DNA of 63,825 nucleotides, counting the filler, from Welwitschia mirabilis (taxonomy: Eukaryota): assembly GCA_051453625.1 (NCBI GenBank). It is 6 parts of one record of this genome, joined end to end, with 100 filler letters (N's around TTAATTAATTAA, not from the genome) between each part and the next. Parts side by side here need not be neighbours in the genome. Positions count along the whole stretch, not along the records: positions 37,762 to 59,844 come from JBOZIK010000001.1; positions 59,945 to 62,337 come from JBOZIK010000001.1; positions 62,438 to 63,825 come from JBOZIK010000001.1; 3 more parts are not named here. The stretch is one strand, 5' to 3'. The notes below the pieces were generated by a model. It was not told the origin of the DNA and made no database searches. It was given only the letters and a program-made list of their open reading frames with translations. This document shows positions 50,986-63,825 of the stretch, one piece after another. Each line of letters begins with the position of its first letter. Position 1 is the first letter of the stretch. The position numbers were made by a program, and so were the translations under genes.

Positions 50986-52273
50986 NNNNNNNNNNNNNNN
51001 NNNNNNNNNNNNNNNNNNNNNNNNNNNNNNNNNNNNNNNNNNNNNNNNNNNNNNNNNNNNNNNNNNNNNNNNNNNNNNNNNNNNNNNNNNNNNNNNNNNN
51101 NNNNNNNNNNNNNNNNNNNNNNNNNNNNNNNNNNNNNNNNNNNNNNNNNNNNNNNNNNNNNNNNNNNNNNNNNNNNNNNNNNNNNNNNNNNNNNNNNNNN
51201 NNNNNNNNNNNNNNNNNNNNNNNNNNNNNNNNNNNNNNNNNNNNNNNNNNNNNNNNNNNNNNNNNNNNNNNNNNNNNNNNNNNNNNNNNNNNNNNNNNNN
51301 NNNNNNNNNNNNNNNNNNNNNNNNNNNNNNNNNNNNNNNNNNNNNNNNNNNNNNNNNNNNNNNNNNNNNNNNNNNNNNNNNNNNNNNNNNNNNNNNNNNN
51401 NNNNNNNNNNNNNNNNNNNNNNNNNNNNNNNNNNNNNNNNNNNNNNNNNNNNNNNNNNNNNNNNNNNNNNNNNNNNNNNNNNNNNNNNNNNNNNNNNNNN
51501 NNNNNNNNNNNNNNNNNNNNNNNNNNNNNNNNNNNNNNNNNNNNNNNNNNNNNNNNNNNNNNNNNNNNNNNNNNNNNNNNNNNNNNNNNNNNNNNNNNNN
51601 NNNNNNNNNNNNNNNNNNNNNNNNNNNNNNNNNNNNNNNNNNNNNNNNNNNNNNNNNNNNNNNNNNNNNNNNNNNNNNNNNNNNNNNNNNNNNNNNNNNN
51701 NNNNNNNNNNNNNNNNNNNNNNNNNNNNNNNNNNNNNNNNNNNNNNNNNNNNNNNNNNNNNNNNNNNNNNNNNNNNNNNNNNNNNNNNNNNNNNNNNNNN
51801 NNNNNNNNNNNNATCACCATGTGCTACTGTCTAAGTGTTGCCCATGTGCTGCTCCTATATAGCTTTGTTAATAATCTATTGTCCCCTTTGTCATTGGGAT
51901 GATAGTGGGGACGACACTCTTCCCAAGCTCCTCAAGTAGTGTAAATTGGTCTTATTTACTTTTAGTCCTCCTTCAATATGGTAAGTATTAGAACATGCTT
52001 GAAATGCCTCCAATTATGCCAAGAATTACATGTTTTCATGATCATCTTGTCGTCTCTCCATAATCAGCAGAATTACATCTAAACTTGTATAAATGTCCTA
52101 CAAAAGTAATCTAAATACATCATCAAATTCCTACAAATTGGCATCACAACAAATATATATAAGTAACATACANNNNNNNNNNNNNNNNNNNNNNNNNNNN
52201 NNNNNNNNNNNNNNNNNNNNNNNNNNNNNNNNNNNNNNNNNNNNNNNNNNNNNNNNNNNNNNNNNNNNNNNNT

Positions 52274-54834
52274 AAGTAACATACATGCAATCAGAATACA
52301 TCATGTATAATAAACTTTAAGAATCACATGTATAAAAATCTTAATTTCATAATATGAGAAAAGATAAATATAATGAAAATAAGGAAATAATCTTTAATAA
52401 CCATTAACTACTACTCTAAAGGTTATTTATAGCTCAAATAAATAATAAAGAGAGTTAAAGTAGTGAAAACTAACTTAAATCATTATTATGCACAAATGAT
52501 CTTTATTGAAAAGTTTACTACCTAAACTAATGTAAAATGGATATGTATGAGTTATTCAAAAGATTTATTCCCTTCTACACTAACTTATAACCAAAGTATA
52601 GCACTTCAAGAACATGATTATTAAAATTAACATAGTAATTTATCTAACCTTCATAATATTTCCATAAAATTTCAATGTATTTAACTTGAAAAATAACTCT
52701 TAGTTAGGTTTAAAATTAGTAATAAAAGTGATTCAACATATAACTTAAATTATAAATCAATAAGTAATTGATCAAAAATCAACATGTGAATGTTTATTCT
52801 ATCAAAGAAAATCTTTGTTCATTTCATGATGTTTTGGTTGTAAGGAAAGGAAAGAGAGAAGAGTGAGAAAAAGACTTAATAAAATAGATTTAGAACTTTT
52901 TAAAACCATTAAAGAAATCAAAATACATCCCAAAAAAAATTTCATTAGAATCAAATTTTCAAGATCAAGTAATATTAATTGAGACCATTAGGAAATAAAC
53001 CTTACAAAAAGTCTAGAAAAAAATAGGTCAATCCTACTTTGACTAAGAATATTAAGAAAACTACAGAACTTGAGGGGAAAAAATCATATTCTAAAACTAC
53101 TTATAAAATACTATAAGATCATATCCTAACTTTGTAAAAACACAACAACAATAATAGAAAAATTCACTATGAAACATTATAAAGATTAACATTTCAAAAG
53201 TTCTAAATAATTCTAACTGCAACTTAAGTATAAACAACTAAAAATAGACTTTCAAATACATAATTATGGTTTTAACTAACTATACATAAAAGATGCTAAA
53301 TCAATGGATGAATCTAGTTATAAAGTTCCAGAGTAATTAGAGTTAACAAAAAAAGAGTTATGATGAAAACAAGCACTAAAATTCACTAGTTTTTACTTCA
53401 ATAGTGGAAGAGAAAAGAGAGAGAAAAACTAATGTAAAAAAAATTTTCAAATTTATATCTAAGTATCTTATAAATGTACATGATAAATTTATTATGTTTG
53501 AAAGGAAAGAAGAAGAATTCATGATTCAATGATTTAGAAGAAATAATGGAAATTCAAGAGAATAATATTAGAAGAAATAAGAAAAAAGGAGAAAATAAGA
53601 GAAAAGATAGTTAAAACATACCTTTAACATAGAATCATCCATCATGTAGAGACTAAAACTATAATAATCCCATGTACACTAGATATGAAACATGCTATAA
53701 AAAGTCTAAACAAATTAAAAGGAGTGGATGATAAAAATGAATAAATCATGTAAATGTAAGCATAAAAACATAAAGAAAAGAAAACTTATTAATTTTAGAT
53801 GCAATCATATTCCTTTCCATTATTCTTCAATTCAAATTCTTATAATGTCATATGCCTTCTTCTCCTCTTTCACTACTCATTCACATGCATTTCATTGGCC
53901 CACAATGCCCTCCAAATAGATGGAAATGGAAGAAATGAAGATGAAAAATGAATGTGATATAATGTGAAAGGATGAGAATGAATGTAATTAATAAAAATGA
54001 AGAATTGTAAATGCTTTCAAAGTTGACAAATAGAGAAGATCAACTTGAAAGAAAAGAAATGAGAGAGAGAAATATAGTTGAAACTCCTTATACGATAAAA
54101 TAAAGCATAAAAATGGTAGAAAATACATTTTATAGCTTTGATATAACTTAGATTTCTGATATGAAAGTAAGGAAGTATTTACGTTGATGCACTAAAATTA
54201 GTTTTAGGTGGCATAGGTGATTAAAAAAAATTATTTTTTCCATGAGTTTCATGCTTACTATGTGATAATGGTTGCATGGTATTATAGCACCAAAATAGAC
54301 TAAAGGATGGCACTATAGTATCGCAAGTAGTTATCATAGTAACCATCAAAAATTACAAAATTTAAATTAATCTAATTACATTTCTTACAACTAATATTAC
54401 ATGAAAACATCAAAACTAACTTAGAAATTACTAAGTTATAATTTGCAAAATGAATATTTCCAATATACTAATGTTCTAATAAGTTCTGATATGTTCTAAT
54501 GTCATACATCTAATGTCCAAATAAGTTAAAAATTATCTCATTAGCAAGTGAATGGAATATGATGATGGTGACTATGAGTTATTTTCATGGCAAATAGATT
54601 AAATTAATCCTCCATGCTTAGAATAACTAAATCAAATATCAACCTCCTAATCATAAACATGATGGTTCACCTTAAAATAAATCAAAATACACTATTTTAT
54701 AGTCATTAAAACCTCAACTCTCTTATCTCCTAAAAAATATACAAATACCTAGAAGTGCAGCTTTACAGTTATGAAATAATAAAAAATTATGACTTTCAAT
54801 ACCTTATTTTATCAAAATCTTAGGCTCTATTACA
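52274..54834 (-). repeat. Copy 1 of a roughly 2.6 kb diverged direct repeat (probable large gypsy LTR)
   Basis: Colinear with 57197-59770, with shared anchors such as aagcactaaaattcactagtttttacttcaatagt and aacatgtgaatgtttattctat. The right end reads tgtaatagagcc on the minus strand, like a Tekay/Del LTR start. The repeat is clear; the LTR identity is inferred. Confidence 0.7.
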
Positions 54835-55847
54835 TCACCCAACTAGTCTTCTTATATTTTTTATGTAGGTGATGATGATAATAAAAATGAAACTTACTAC
54901 TAATTTAGATATTCATTCATAGATTATGATATCAGACCTATTATTATAACACTTGGTAATATCCATCATTTCAGTTAATGATGAAGAATTTCATCACCTA
55001 CCTGATCCTATGTACTACTAATTTAGAGTTCCATAACTTCATGCTAGGGATTGTGATTTGTAGGTTAATGTGTAAAATCAATAGGATTAATAATTTAGGG
55101 ATAAATTTCTTAATCAATGCTTCTTTTAAATTTTATAAGATTTAAAAATTCTTATTATTTTTTTACAATCCTAAGCTAGTATCTAATCATATCCTTTAAA
55201 ATAAGAGGGAGTTTGGCTTTGTTAAAATGAGATTGAGATGTAATCTTATAAACTAAGTTAAATTCTTTTAGAAATTCATAAGAACCCTCACAATTTAAAC
55301 CATGAAAAGTAGGAAAATCCTTAAGATNNNNNNNNNNNNNNNNNNNNNNNNNNNNNNNNNNNNNNNNNNNNNNNNNNNNNNNNNNNNNNNNNNNNNNNNN
55401 NNNNNNNNNNNNNNNNNNNNNNNNNNNNNNNNNNNNNNNNNNNNNNNNNNNNNNNNNNNNNNNNNNNNNNNNNNNNNNNNNNNNNNNNNNNNNNNNNNNN
55501 NNNNNNNNNNNNNNNNNNNNNNNNNNNNNNNNNNNNNNNNNNNNNNNNNNNNNNNNNNNNNNNNNNNNNNNNNNNNNNNNNNNNNNNNNNNNNNNNNNNN
55601 NNNNNNNNNNNNNNNNNNNNNNNNNNNNNNNNNNNNNNNNNNNNNNNNNNNNNNNNNNNNNNNNNNNNNNNNNNNNNNNNNNNNNNNNNNNNNNNNNNNN
55701 NNNNNNNNNNNNNNNNNNNNNNNNNNNNNNNNNNNNNNNNNNNNNNNNNNNNNNNNNNNNNNNNNNNNNNNNNNNNNNNNNNNNNNNNNNNNNNNNNNNN
55801 NNNNNNNNNNNNNNNNNNNNNNNNNNNNNNNNNNNNNNNNNNNNNNN

Positions 55848-56735
55848 TTACCAAGAGTAGGTTAGGGATTAAAATTTTAAGCATTATTATCTTGGGTAGC
55901 CATTTTGGAAGCAAGAATGTTTTAAGGATTCTATAAGTAATCAAAATCTCTAAATGATTCTAGTAAAAATAAATATAAAGATGACAATTCAAAACTATGT
56001 AATCTTTTTAGATGTTTTTTAACATAAATCTAAGATCTATTCATATATCCATTGTGTTAAAAATTATAATAAAAGATGTAAAAAAGTTAAGTAAAGTCAG
56101 AATGTATGCACATGAAAGGCTTTCTAAAGTAATGTAATGCTTATGGACTTGTTGATGCATTTGTAATATAGAAATCATCTAAAAAATAAATTATATTAAG
56201 TGTATGAATACTTAAAAATAAGTACAATATTTAATATAAAAATCAATATTCCTTAGTAATAGTGGTTTAAAGGGTAATTGATTTTATAACTTTTGAAAAG
56301 TTACTCAAGAGTAAGTTGACGATCATAATTTTAAGCATGTTATCTTAGGTGGTCATCTGATAAGCAAGAATGTTTAACACTTATGAAAGGTGATAAAAAT
56401 ATTCAGAAGATTATGGTACAAATGCATGTGAATAAAAATTATTTGAAGACTAAGGTTTAGAATAATGAAATTTTTCTAAATTTTTTTAACAAGATTCCAA
56501 GATCTATTTATAAATGCAATGTGTAAAAAATAATAATAACAGATCCACCAAAAAAATAAAAGAAAAAAAAGTACAGTTAGAATGTATGCACCTGAAATGC
56601 TTGCTGAAGTAATGTAGTGCTCATGGCTACCTAAAAACAAAACAAATTATATTATGTATATGTTTATTTAAAAAATAAGTATAATATTTAACATTGAAAT
56701 CAAGAGTCCCTTTAAATAGTGCTAATTTTTTAAGG
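55848..56735 (+). repeat. Diverged tandem duplication, two units of about 450 bp
   Basis: ttac.caagagta.gtt..aattttaagcat..ttatctt.ggt..aagcaagaatgttt..aagatctattt..agaatgtatgcac.tgaaa occurs at 55848-56300 and 56301-56735. Confidence 0.82.
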
Positions 56736-56749
56736 ATGATGGTTAGATA

Positions 56750-56928
56750 GATAGGTTGTACCACATAATCCCTAGTGCCACTTGAACCTATGCAAACTTT
56801 GACTATGATCTTCATATAATATAGGGGTTTGAACTTTCAACTCTGCTCCCTTGTTGCTATGAGGATTTGAATATAAGAGCCTCAAGTTTAGAATGTCCTA
56901 CTTTATCACTAAGATAATCCTTCAGGAC
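56750..56928 (-). mobile_element. Possible decayed tRNA-derived SINE
   Basis: Minus strand ggattatcttagtgataaag (A-box-like) is followed about 35 nt later by attcaaatcc (B-box-like gttcraatcc). The segment is more GC-rich than its flanks. No TSD was identified. Confidence 0.35.
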
Positions 56929-57196
56929 ATGATACCAATTCTAATTAAAGAAAAAGACTCAATTTTTAAAATGAGAAGATCATACTTTGAGCCTTCGTAA
57001 AATGAATTATGCACTTGACATAATAAATTTAACTTAGAAAAAATAATTAAAGCATATATAATTTATAATAAATCATAAATAAATCTCCTAGGTTAAATTG
57101 CATATATAGTGGAAGCACATAAGTATTAAACCATCAAAGTTAGTATATAATCATAAGAAAAATATTGCACTTATCGAACTAGTACTTTACATGATA

Positions 57197-59770
57197 ATAA
57201 GTGACATTCATGTGATTACAACACATGATGTATATTAAACTTTAAGAATTACATATTTAAAAATATTAATTTCATAATATGTATAAAAAAATATAATGAA
57301 TAATAAATAAATAATTATTGATAAACATTCTCCATTACTCTAAAGACATTTTATAACTTAAATGAATGATAAAGAGAATTGAAGTGATCAAAGGTAACTT
57401 AATTATTATTATGTGAAATAAGTCTTTCTTGAAAATTTTACTACTCAAAATAATATAAAAAGAACATGTTTGAATCATTTAGAAGTTTTATTCCATTATA
57501 TACTAATTATACATCAACTTAAAATCAAAAAGTGTCACTTTAAAACATAATTTTTAAAATTAACATAGCAAACCATCTGATCTTAATAATATTTTCATAA
57601 ATTCTAATGCATTTGAATTGAAAAAAAAACTTTTAGTTAGGCTTCAAATGGGTAATAAAAGTAATGTAACATATAAATTAGATTATACATCAACAGTTAA
57701 TTGATCAAAAAACAACATGTGAATGTTTATTCTATTAAAGAAAACCCTAGTTTATTGCATGATATTTTGACCAGAAGAAGGAGAGAAAATAGAAAAAAGT
57801 GAGAAAGAGACTCAAGAATATGAACTTAGAACTTTTTAAAACCATTAAAGTAATCAAAATATGCCCATAAACAAGTTCTTAGAATTAAATATTAAAATTT
57901 GAAAATCAAGTAAGATAAAACCATTAGAAAATAGGCCTTAAGAAAAGCATATAAAAAATATAGTAAACCTTACTTTGACAAAGAATATTAAAACCAAAAC
58001 TAGATGACTTAAAAAAAATGGATCTCATATTTTGAAATTAGTTAAAAAAAATGCTATAAGATCTGATCTTAACTTTCTAAAAACACAACAACGAGAGTAG
58101 AAAAATTCATATTGAAAAATAGAAAAATTAAGATTTCATAGATTTAAAACAATTCTAAGTAAAACTATAACTTGACTATAAATAGATAAAGGTGGAATTT
58201 TAGAGACTAAATTTTAATTTAACTACCTATACATCAAAGTCTTTAACTCAAAAGAAAAGTATACTAGTAAAGGTTCAAGATAATTAAAGTCATAAGAAAA
58301 GACTTATAGTTAAAATAAGCACTAAAATTCACTAGTTTTTACTTCAATAGTAAAAGAAGAAAATGGAAAGAAAAATTAATATCAAAATAAATATTTCAAA
58401 CATAGGTTTAAGTATATTATAGATGTACATGTTAAATTTATGTTATTAGGAATGGAAGAAGAAGCATTCATTATTCAATGCTTTAGAAGAAGATGTACAA
58501 ACATAAGAGCATGGTATTAGAAGAAATGGGAACAAAGGAGAAAAGAAGAGATAAAACACATGCTTCTTGAACATAGAGTCACGACCTATAGCAGATAATT
58601 CTATAATAGGTAATAAATGTATAACAACACTATTAGTACTAAATATGCAACATGTTATTAAATGTTTAATCGAATTGAAAGGAATTCATGTAAAAAATGA
58701 ATAAATCATGTAAACATAAGTATAAAAACATAAGAGTGAAAAGACTTATTAGTTTTAGATGTAATCATAAACCTTTACATTAGTCTTCAATCTAAATAGT
58801 TACAAGATCTAATGCCTTTTACTCCTCCTACACTATCTAGTCATGTGTAGTTAACCATTTAGAATTCCCTCTAGAAGGGTGGAAATGGGAGAAATCAAGA
58901 TGAAAAATAAATATAAGAGAAAGTGAAAGAATGAGAATGAATGTAGAATGCAGAATAAGAATAAAGATTCCAAAGTTGTTAAAAAGAGAAGATCAACTTA
59001 TAAGATAATAAATGAGAAAGAGACATGTGGTTGAAATTCTTCCAATGAAACAAAAAGCATAAAAGTAAAATAAAATGATTTATATAGCTTTAACATGGCT
59101 TAGATTTCTGATATGACAGTAAGGGATGGGTGGATTTATATAGACACACTAGGATTGGTTTTAAGTGAGGAAGGTATCAAAATGTCTTATTTTTTGCATG
59201 TGTTACATGCTCAAAATTTGATAATAGTATCATGATGCTATACTGTCAAAACATACTAGAGAGTTGTATTGAAGTGTCATAAGCAGTTAGCATAACAAAA
59301 TGTAAATTAACTTAATTACATTAGTTATAACTAATAATACATAAAAACATCAAAATTAACTTAGAAATGACTAATTTATAACTTTCAAAATGTATATGTT
59401 TGACATAATAATGTTCTAATAGGTTTTGATATGCTCTAATGTCATGCATCGATTGTTAAAATTATTTAGAATTATCACATTAGTAAGTGGATGAAATATA
59501 ATAATGGAAAAGGACTATGAGTTATCTATAAGAGAAACAAGTTGAAGTAATCCTTCATGCTTATCATATGTGCCTCAAATCTTGACTTTCTAATCATAAG
59601 CACCATATCTTACCTTAAAACAGGTCAAAATACATCATTTTGTTCTTATCTAACCTCTAATACCCTTTATCTCCTAAAAAGTACAAAATTACTTCTAATT
59701 CTAAAGTTATAGATATAAAATAATAAAAAATTATGATTTTAATGCATTATTTTATCAAACTTTTAAGCTT
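57197..59770 (-). repeat. Copy 2 of the roughly 2.6 kb diverged direct repeat
   Basis: Colinear with 52274-54834 from aagtgacattcatg to ttattttatcaaa. Confidence 0.75.
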
Positions 59771-59944
59771 GATCAATGACATAAATAACAACTTCATTAA
59801 TATACTCATAAAACTAAGATCTGGGCTAATTCCTAAGAGATTTTNNNNNNNNNNNNNNNNNNNNNNNNNNNNNNNNNNNNNNNNNNNNTTAATTAATTAA
59901 NNNNNNNNNNNNNNNNNNNNNNNNNNNNNNNNNNNNNNNNNNNN

Positions 59945-60643
59945 GGATGCTTCGCAATAGATGTCAGTGTCGTTTCTAAAACAGTGGCCTGTGGCCCTCT
60001 GGGATCGCGCTTTACATGTATAATGGCTAGGTAGAGTGTCATTTTGTGTAGGTGTTCCTATTGGGCCAATGAAAGCGAGGTTATTGATCCATGTCGTTGA
60101 TGTGCTGGATTTGATCTTGACATATATAGTTTCCCAATAGAGGAAAACCCTAGGAGTGCTTTGCATAGGATAGAGAGCCAGGGAAAACCCCTTCTTAGCC
60201 GTTTTTGCTTTGAAAGAAGTGTACAACGTTCATCTTCATACATTTCGCGTGTCAACAGATAGCTAGCCAGACATCCCAAGATGAATTGCCGGACGTCCCA
60301 TTTAACCGGAAACTTTGACAGAGAACTGAGACAAGGTCCGAATGTCCCAAGCAAGATATTCGGACGTTCTCATATATTTGACAAATTACAGGTTCGGACG
60401 TCCCGGGTTACAGAGTCGGATGTCCCAATACAAAAAGACAGTGAACAAGGTCAGATGTCTCGGGATGAGGGGTCGGACATCCCAATATAAAGGGTCGGAC
60501 GTCCCTGGCTGAGTAATCGAACATCCCAATACATTAAATGAAAGATCCTTAACTCCCAAAGCCTAGCTTGAGGGATTTTAATTTGTCTCGCTTACGTTCT
60601 CGAGTTGGGACTTCATTCTAGAAGGAGTTCTATCATTTCATCA
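59945..60643. mobile_element. CpG-intact LTR-like fragment with nine copies of a TCGGACGTCCC-type near-palindromic motif
   Basis: Motif copies near 60289, 60337, 60360, 60394, 60416, 60451, 60473, 60495 and 60518. Such short palindrome arrays are typical of plant LTRs. It begins at a synthetic spacer. Confidence 0.6.
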
Positions 60644-62437
60644 TGGAAATAGACCTTTACTCAAGAGCTACTAGTCTATTTAATTATTTTAAATATAACT
60701 ATTTAGTTTAAAAATATTGAACTTTCTATACTATTGCTAAGACTCACCAAAATTTCTAATAGTTACTATTCTTTAATAATTAATCCTTATGCTTATTGCC
60801 ATTAAGGCTCTTTTGGGTTTTCTAAATTTTTTGTTTTGAGTAGCAGTTTTGCCCCGCTTAAACTCAAGTGTAATTAGATTTGCATTGTACCTCAATGGAG
60901 GATTTTTGTAAGGCCATTTTCACCTATCTGACCTATACTTACCAGCTTTTGGCTATCCTTACCTCCATTTCTTTACCTCACTTGAGATCCTTTAAGAATT
61001 CTTCCATACTTGTATGTTCCTCTACTACTTTAACTATATATGTAGTTTCCTGTAGGGTCCTATCTTGTAATTGATAGATCCAATCCTTCCCTTTCTTCAT
61101 TTCTTAATTCATTTGCATGTGGAATGTACGACGTAGGTTTCCTCATGGTCTGTATCAATCAAAATTCATCATCAACATTACTTTCCTAAACTTTTGATAT
61201 TGTTGCATCCAATGATTCAGTCTATAGAGAGTTTGATTCATGTTCCAAAAACTAATCACCCAATGGATTAATTTAACAAGTCAACATTCTTTTCTGTTAT
61301 GCCAACTGTGTGACTAGTGGCATTGGGCCTAGGGTTGACTAGTCCCCTTTATTTAAAAATTAAAAAAAATGAAAGTTGGCCCAAAACGTTAAGCCAACTC
61401 ACATACATTGCTCATGGCCTTAACCAACTTAAATACAAACAACTAAAAAAGAGGGGAAAAAACAAAAACTCACTTTTTAAACCATTCTCAACTTGCAATC
61501 AAGATTGAAGCTATCTTTCATCCTTTATCACAAAAATTGCTTAGATATCACATGATTGTGCAAGATGAAGATTGATTTTTAGAAACTAATTGCCTTTTCA
61601 CATGTAATCCTACTATTGAATTCATTTCATTTTTTTAATATGCATTCAATTTCCAATTTTATTATCAAGTTGTAAATAATTTTTTTTGAAGAAATTAATT
61701 TATGGGAAATTGTAACAAGCTCGCTAGGTCACTAATTTGCCTGGCTAGATGAAAACGGTCATGTTGTCTTGGAAGATAGCCACCAGATTTCCATACCTCA
61801 GTTGTGATCCATACTGAAGACATTAAAGCCCACAAATAGGTCCACATTAAAGACATAAGTAGGAACCACAAGTCAACCCATGTATTATAGGATTTGAACT
61901 CAAGACATTGAAACACAACTTACAAATGTGAATAATTGATTTCAAGAGCAATTTTTTTTTGGTTTTTCCTCAATGAACTATACATCTTTTTGGATTCAGA
62001 ACCAATCCAAGATGGTTTGTGAAGTTTGTGAAAAACTATTTTCAAAATTAGAAATCATGAGAAGATGTTTTCTACCATACAGTTTTTCATTGCGATTTTT
62101 CATTTTAAGTGAAATTTTGAACTTGGTTATTGGTTTCTAAAAGATTACATGCTTCCTTCCATATTATATTTGTGGTTTTTGATTTAATATAATTTTGAAT
62201 TATGAGAGAAAATGTATTATTGCAATAGTTCACTTAGTGTTTTCAATTTATTAGTAAAGCCATGAAAATGATTTGTACGCATGTTAATGAAATATCTCTA
62301 TATCTTTAAAAAATCTTTTCCATGTTTTCCTAGTGTTNNNNNNNNNNNNNNNNNNNNNNNNNNNNNNNNNNNNNNNNNNNNTTAATTAATTAANNNNNNN
62401 NNNNNNNNNNNNNNNNNNNNNNNNNNNNNNNNNNNNN

Positions 62438-63825
62438 ATCAAGAGAAGGGAATTCATAATCTTTTAATATTTTAATGTCTTCCTCTTATTTATCATCATC
62501 TTATTTTAGGAGGTTGATGCTTCACATGAAGGAGGATTTGTTTCTTATCCACTTCTTATCACAACCTTATAGTCTCTTCTCATTTTATTAGGGTTTGGTA
62601 AAGGTTGTATGGCTAATGTTCCTTGAGGTCTTTGGTTTGCTAACATGGTTTGTTAAAGGAAATTTACTAANNNNNNNNNNNNNNNNNNNNNNNNNNNNNN
62701 NNNNNNNNNNNNNNNNNNNNNNNNNNNNNNNNNNNNNNNNNNNNNNNNNNNNNNNNNNNNNNNNNNNNNNCTAATTTTTAAATGTTAGAATTTGGCTTTT
62801 CTAGTCTAGAATGTGTCTTTTTTTATGATTTTCTAAGTTCATCCAAAAATTTTAAGAGTAGATCATTTTAAAGTTGAAAATTTGATGAACTCTGTTGAAA
62901 GTTTGAATCTTCAAATTAGTTTCTAAAAGATTGAGAGCTATTTTAAATATGAATATTTAATCTAGTTGTGCCTGATTTTAATTTCAAAAGTTTTTAGATG
63001 TTTGATTGAAAGCACAAAACTCTTCTCATATTATTTCTTTGTATGTTGATAATAGAGGATAATTTTTTATGATGTGATAATTATCCTTACATAAAACACT
63101 AGTTGGAATAACATTTTTTTGAGTTGTAGATTTAGAATCTAAGATTATTTTAGTGTATTTCTCCAAGGTTATTATAAAGTCTTTCATTATATTTGTAGGG
63201 TGGTAATCTACCTTATTAATGGCTTTTAAATCTTTGATGAGTTGGCCTACAGTTTGGGTTTTTTTAGATGCTAATTAAGTTTAACTAAATCCATGATTTC
63301 TTATAATTTTGTTTAGGCATTTTCTGATGAAAGGTTCATGAGGTTTCCATCACAAGAAAAATCTACAAGTTATTTTGTATGGGGATTTAGTTCACTATTA
63401 AAGTAGTTAACAAGTTATTCTCATGAGAAAGTGTCTACAAGATTAGAGTAAATTACTATAAAGAAACATTCATATGTGGAACCATAATCCTCATTTGGTT
63501 TTTGTAAAAGTTTATTACTTTCTTTTTTCTTTTTCTAATGGTTTCTTCACTCATAAGTCTTTTGGTAAAAGTTCTTAGACTTGATCCCAAGATTTAAACT
63601 TTTGTGGAATATAGTTTTTAACCAATTTTTAGCCCTTCCTTTTAATGTCATGGGAAATATTATCATGTATGTTCTATCACTAATTTTTTTCTTTTCATTT
63701 CCTAAGTTAAGAATTAATTGTTCAATATCTACAATGTGTTGAAGAGAGTCCTCATCATGTGCACCACTAAAAGTTGGATGATCATTTAGGTTTTTAAGCT
63801 CAATGTCATCTCCTAGGGGTAGATC
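62438..63825 (-). pseudogene. gag: Decayed Athila-like Ty3/gypsy gag, entering from the window's right end
   Basis: Minus strand ELKNLNDHPTFSGAHDEDSLQHIVDIEQ (about 63720-63805; cf. FELK..LP.F.G...EDP..HL..F) and LVNYFNSELNPHTK*LVDFSCDGNLMNLSSENA (about 63315-63415; cf. L...FY.GL....K..VDA.AGG.LM.K...EA). Confidence 0.8.

Noticed and set aside
56840..56928. tRNA gene
   Set aside because: The A- and B-box-like motifs are degenerate and no cloverleaf is evident. At most a SINE relic.

Overview
AT-rich, CpG-depleted plant nuclear DNA from a gapped draft assembly. It contains many N runs and five synthetic 44N-TTAATTAATTAA-44N spacers. I found no intact host gene, RNA gene or CRISPR array, and every long ORF in the supplied track is produced by an N run. 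The window is a stack of decayed, nested transposons, in this order: (i) the gag/PBS/LTR end of a minus-strand SIRE-type Ty1/copia element (1-2809); (ii) a decayed L1-type LINE ORF2 (about 3190-5700); (iii) a second LINE 3' end split by a minus-strand SIRE-type element (8125-27394) with two LTRs, a near-match TSD, PPT, env-like ORF, RT/RNase H, protease, gag and PBS, whose gag is interrupted by a roughly 9 kb CACTA element carrying further fragments; (iv) a five-unit, 36-bp-period array of LTR-end plus tRNA-Met PBS motifs (30941-31102), ahead of an unidentified A-rich coding-like tract; (v) tandem non-autonomous Athila-like Ty3/gypsy units sharing one LTR and carrying an ORF domain I do not recognise (37762-50985); (vi) a pair of roughly 2.6 kb direct repeats, a possible SINE, a CpG-intact LTR fragment and a terminal Athila-like gag. 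The most unusual items are the tandem PBS array and the shared-LTR Athila units with their unknown ORF. All calls rest on motif recognition by eye, with no database searches, and the boundaries of decayed features are approximate.
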